Shown here: in pieces, positions 61,339 to 64,000 of the stretch
Position numbering within the stretch: the first letter of the stretch is position 1
How the letters are laid out: each line of letters opens with the position of its first letter
Assembly (NCBI GenBank): GCA_040954595.2
Contig: CM082597.2
Coordinates: 10,075,778 to 10,139,777, forward strand
Origin: Balanoglossus misakiensis
Lineage: Eukaryota; Animalia; Hemichordata
Direction of reading: 5' to 3'
DNA length: 64,000 nucleotides
The notes under the pieces: model-generated
What the model saw: the letters and a program-made list of their open reading frames with translations, nothing else
Database searches by the model: none
Told to the model about the DNA's origin: nothing
Made by a program: the position numbers and the translations under genes

Positions 61339-61576
61339 TACTGAGACCATTTTCAGAACTCCAAGAGAGATCTCGCCTGGCTAAGCAGTTTGTACGGGAG
61401 GGCATTCTCATGTGATACACAAACAAAACACGGCACAAAAGTTACATTTTTTGTTAAACTCAGTACCTATTCTAATTTCATACAAAGCTTGACTTGTATT
61501 ACAGAGAAACTTTACTGGATAGTAAACTCCAAATCTCACGAATTTCGGCAAACTAGTGCAAAAAGAGGATTTAACA

Positions 61577-62589
61577 TTTTTAGGTCCCATTGGTATAGGC
61601 CTATATACCATGGGACCTTATGGGATGGGTTGCGTCTGTATGTATGTATGGATGGATGGATGTATGTATGGATGTATGTCCGTCCACATCAAAAACTTGA
61701 AAACTGCTGCGCGTATCACCTCAATATTTGGTGTGTAGGTGCAGGCTGGGCTGTAGATGGGAGTTTGCCCAAACGAAGTTGCCAGGCCCAAAAATATGCA
61801 AATTAGTTTGTAAAATGTGAAATTGATCAAAACTCTGTAACTCAACAATTACTGGTCAGATTGCTTTGAAAATTGATATGTATGTACCTTATGTCGACCT
61901 CACACCGACCTGTAAGTGTTAAGTTGATATCATGGATGTTTTATTTTTTATGAATTTTTTAGTCTTTTTATTAAATTTATACCTTTACTTATACCTCTAT
62001 GGTTAAGCTATGTCCACGTCTTATTGTGGAATTCTGGTCTGTGCAATAGTCCTGTACAGTGACTGTCTATTGGCTAGTGAGCACAATGGGGCCAAAATAA
62101 AAGGCAAATTTTTGGGCTCACCTGTAACACCTGCTTAACACATTAATTATGTGCATACCTAATTCTGGGCTAATTAATAGGGCTAGAGGTTTCGTTCTTG
62201 TGGGACATGGACCAGTATAGGGTCAAAATTTCTTGCCCAAATTTTGGGTGACCTCAGGTGACCTTTGACCTACTTTCCTATATCTGGGCATCCAGAGCAG
62301 GTACAGACTTGGCGTTTGGAGGGTTGGGACTAAAATTGAAAAGCCAAAATATGGGTCACCTGTGACACCTGCATATCTCATTAATTATGTGCATACCTAA
62401 TTACAGGCTAACCAATAGGGCTATAGGTTTGGTTTTTGTTCAACATGGACCAGTATAGGGTCAAAATTTCTTGCCCAAATTTTGCATGACCTCAGGTGAC
62501 CTTTGACCTACTTTTCCATATCTTGGCATCCAGAGCAGATATGCTTATTGCTATGTTGGGACCACAGTGTCCTTGACGCTATTTTTTTT
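61577..62589 (+). mobile_element. Complete HINE-like element with ~237-bp internal tandem repeats
   Basis: TTTTT-AGGTCCCAT..ATGGGACCT, microsatellite, core, tandem units ~62115-62540, 3' TGGGACC plus AGTGTC-CTT-GACGCT hairpin plus T-run. Confidence 0.8.
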
Positions 62590-63056
62590 CAAGTTCAACA
62601 ACTAAACTGAGCTGCCATCAATCCATGACGACACTCGCCGACTCAATCTTGTGTATATTTATGTATGCATGCATGTACCAGATTAAAACAGAAGATCGAA
62701 TGACACAATTGCTTCTAATAAATGCTCTTTATTCTTAATTTTAGTGTGAATTCTTAAATCAAGCAATGATCTCTCTGTATCAGTGTGACTGTCCATATCA
62801 CTCAATGAAATGTCATATTTCTTCTCTCAAAATTCAATATGCACAGAGGACTTAGAATAGAGGAAAAAACATTACTGAGCCTCAGATGTCAGTTGACGTA
62901 TGACCTGACTGTGGGCATGTATGAGAGTCCATCACAAAAAGTAAAGAAAAGACTATTTCCATGAAGAACTGCTGTGTGTAGTAGTGGTTATATAACGACA
63001 AGATTTGAAAGATATTTTTCCCAGCTATTAATAAAGTCCACGCAAGGGGGTTCACT

Positions 63057-63181
63057 TTATGAATACACTGTGACTGATTCCATATTCAACAGTTGCAGAG
63101 TCTCTGCTATGATGGGTGCCGTGTCAAGCTTGGTGTTAATTCCAACGATGAATGCTTTCTGCAGTAAAACATTTGCATACT
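63057..63181 (-). CDS. INTS1: Integrator complex subunit 1, last coding exon
   Basis: tttcag acceptor; EYANVLLQKAFIVGINTKLDTAPIIAETLQLLNMESVTVYS* resembles vertebrate INTS1 C-terminus (EHAAVLLHRAFLVGM...ISEALRILHME); AATAAA on minus at 62728-62733. Confidence 0.88.
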
Positions 63182-63708
63182 CTGAAACAAAAGAAAACAA
63201 AAGATCAGATGATCTGCGTTGACAAGGTATCAACTTACACTCAAAATTGTAATTATTGGCAACAAGACTGTCTAATTCTACTATTGGCTGCACTGTGCTA
63301 ACCAGTAAGTTCAGGTGTACACGCAAAATCCATTTGACCGAGAATCTGGGTGAAATAGGCTGTTACATGATGGCAAAGTCAAGATGATTACTGATGTCAA
63401 AACAATGCAAATTTATGCAATTGAAAGACTAGTTTTGTTTCATTTTACATTGTTGTAAAGTCTTCATTATTTAAAACTGTGAAAATCTCACAAAAGAAAT
63501 CTCTATTTACTGATCAGAATGCTTGATATGCTGGCCAATGGCAGCCATAATTGTTCAATTCTGACACTTTCTGTGAGCACAACAGTGGTTTAGAGAAATA
63601 GACTATCAACCACTGACCTAGTAACATCACACTTTCTCGTTTTGCTTCAGAATGGGAACATTTTAATTCTTTTAGAAACTCAATTCAGACTATCATAATA
63701 GGCCTTAC

Positions 63709-63818
63709 CTTGGCACAACAGAGCAAACTCAGGTAGATGTTGTAAAGCTACATTGACGACACTCTGGTCACTACTATGCAGACAATCAATGATGGCTGGC
63801 AGGAGTTCCTTGGCAGTG
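63709..63818 (-). CDS. INTS1: Integrator complex subunit 1, penultimate coding exon
   Basis: TAKELLPAIIDCLHSSDQSVVNVALQHLPEFALLCQ, donor G|gtaagg phase-compatible with next exon; the 5' acceptor (aacag) is less certain. Confidence 0.85.
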
Positions 63819-64000
63819 CTGTTGACAATCAGTGGAAAGTCTAATAAGTGGAGTACCAATAATCGATATGCCTTTTTCATTTGCCCTTCCAAGACGATGC
63901 GAAAATGAGGCCAGAAAGTCATTGAGTAAAAATTCTATCGTATTGTGTTTGTCGTTATTGTTGGGACCAATGTTCGACAGCCACATTTTATTGTTAGGTA

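Noticed and set aside
63821-63986. Extension of the INTS1 exon through the open frame upstream (KAYRLLVLHLLDFP)
   Set aside because: A phase-compatible acceptor exists at 63819-63820 and upstream similarity to INTS1 is unconvincing; left unresolved without RNA data

Overview
AT-rich, intron-bearing animal genomic DNA; the repeat mix suggests a marine invertebrate (inference). The window lies between two convergent genes: the last coding exon of an out-at-first (OAF) homolog (+, 6856-7133) and the last two coding exons of Integrator subunit 1 (INTS1, -, 63057-63818). Most of the ~55 kb between them is transposon-derived. It holds an apparently intact DIRS1-type tyrosine-recombinase retrotransposon inserted into a 20-22 bp minisatellite (25873-31246), two full-length Gypsy LTR elements (46953-51562, 52436-57919), a full-length Tc1-family element whose repaired transposase reads DD42E (43285-45080), and a fragmented Academ-like transposase. 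There are also at least six Helentron-associated (HINE-like) copies and many MITE/foldback elements with TA, TAA, TTAA and 5-, 7-, 8- and 9-bp target duplications. Other features are a 2217-bp tandem duplication whose junction is a MITE end, an orphan 121-aa two-TM ORF, and a cluster of orphan exons at 59-61.3 kb (SH3 half-domain, signal-peptide ORF, two Cys-rich exons). All coordinates and family assignments were read by eye without database searches.
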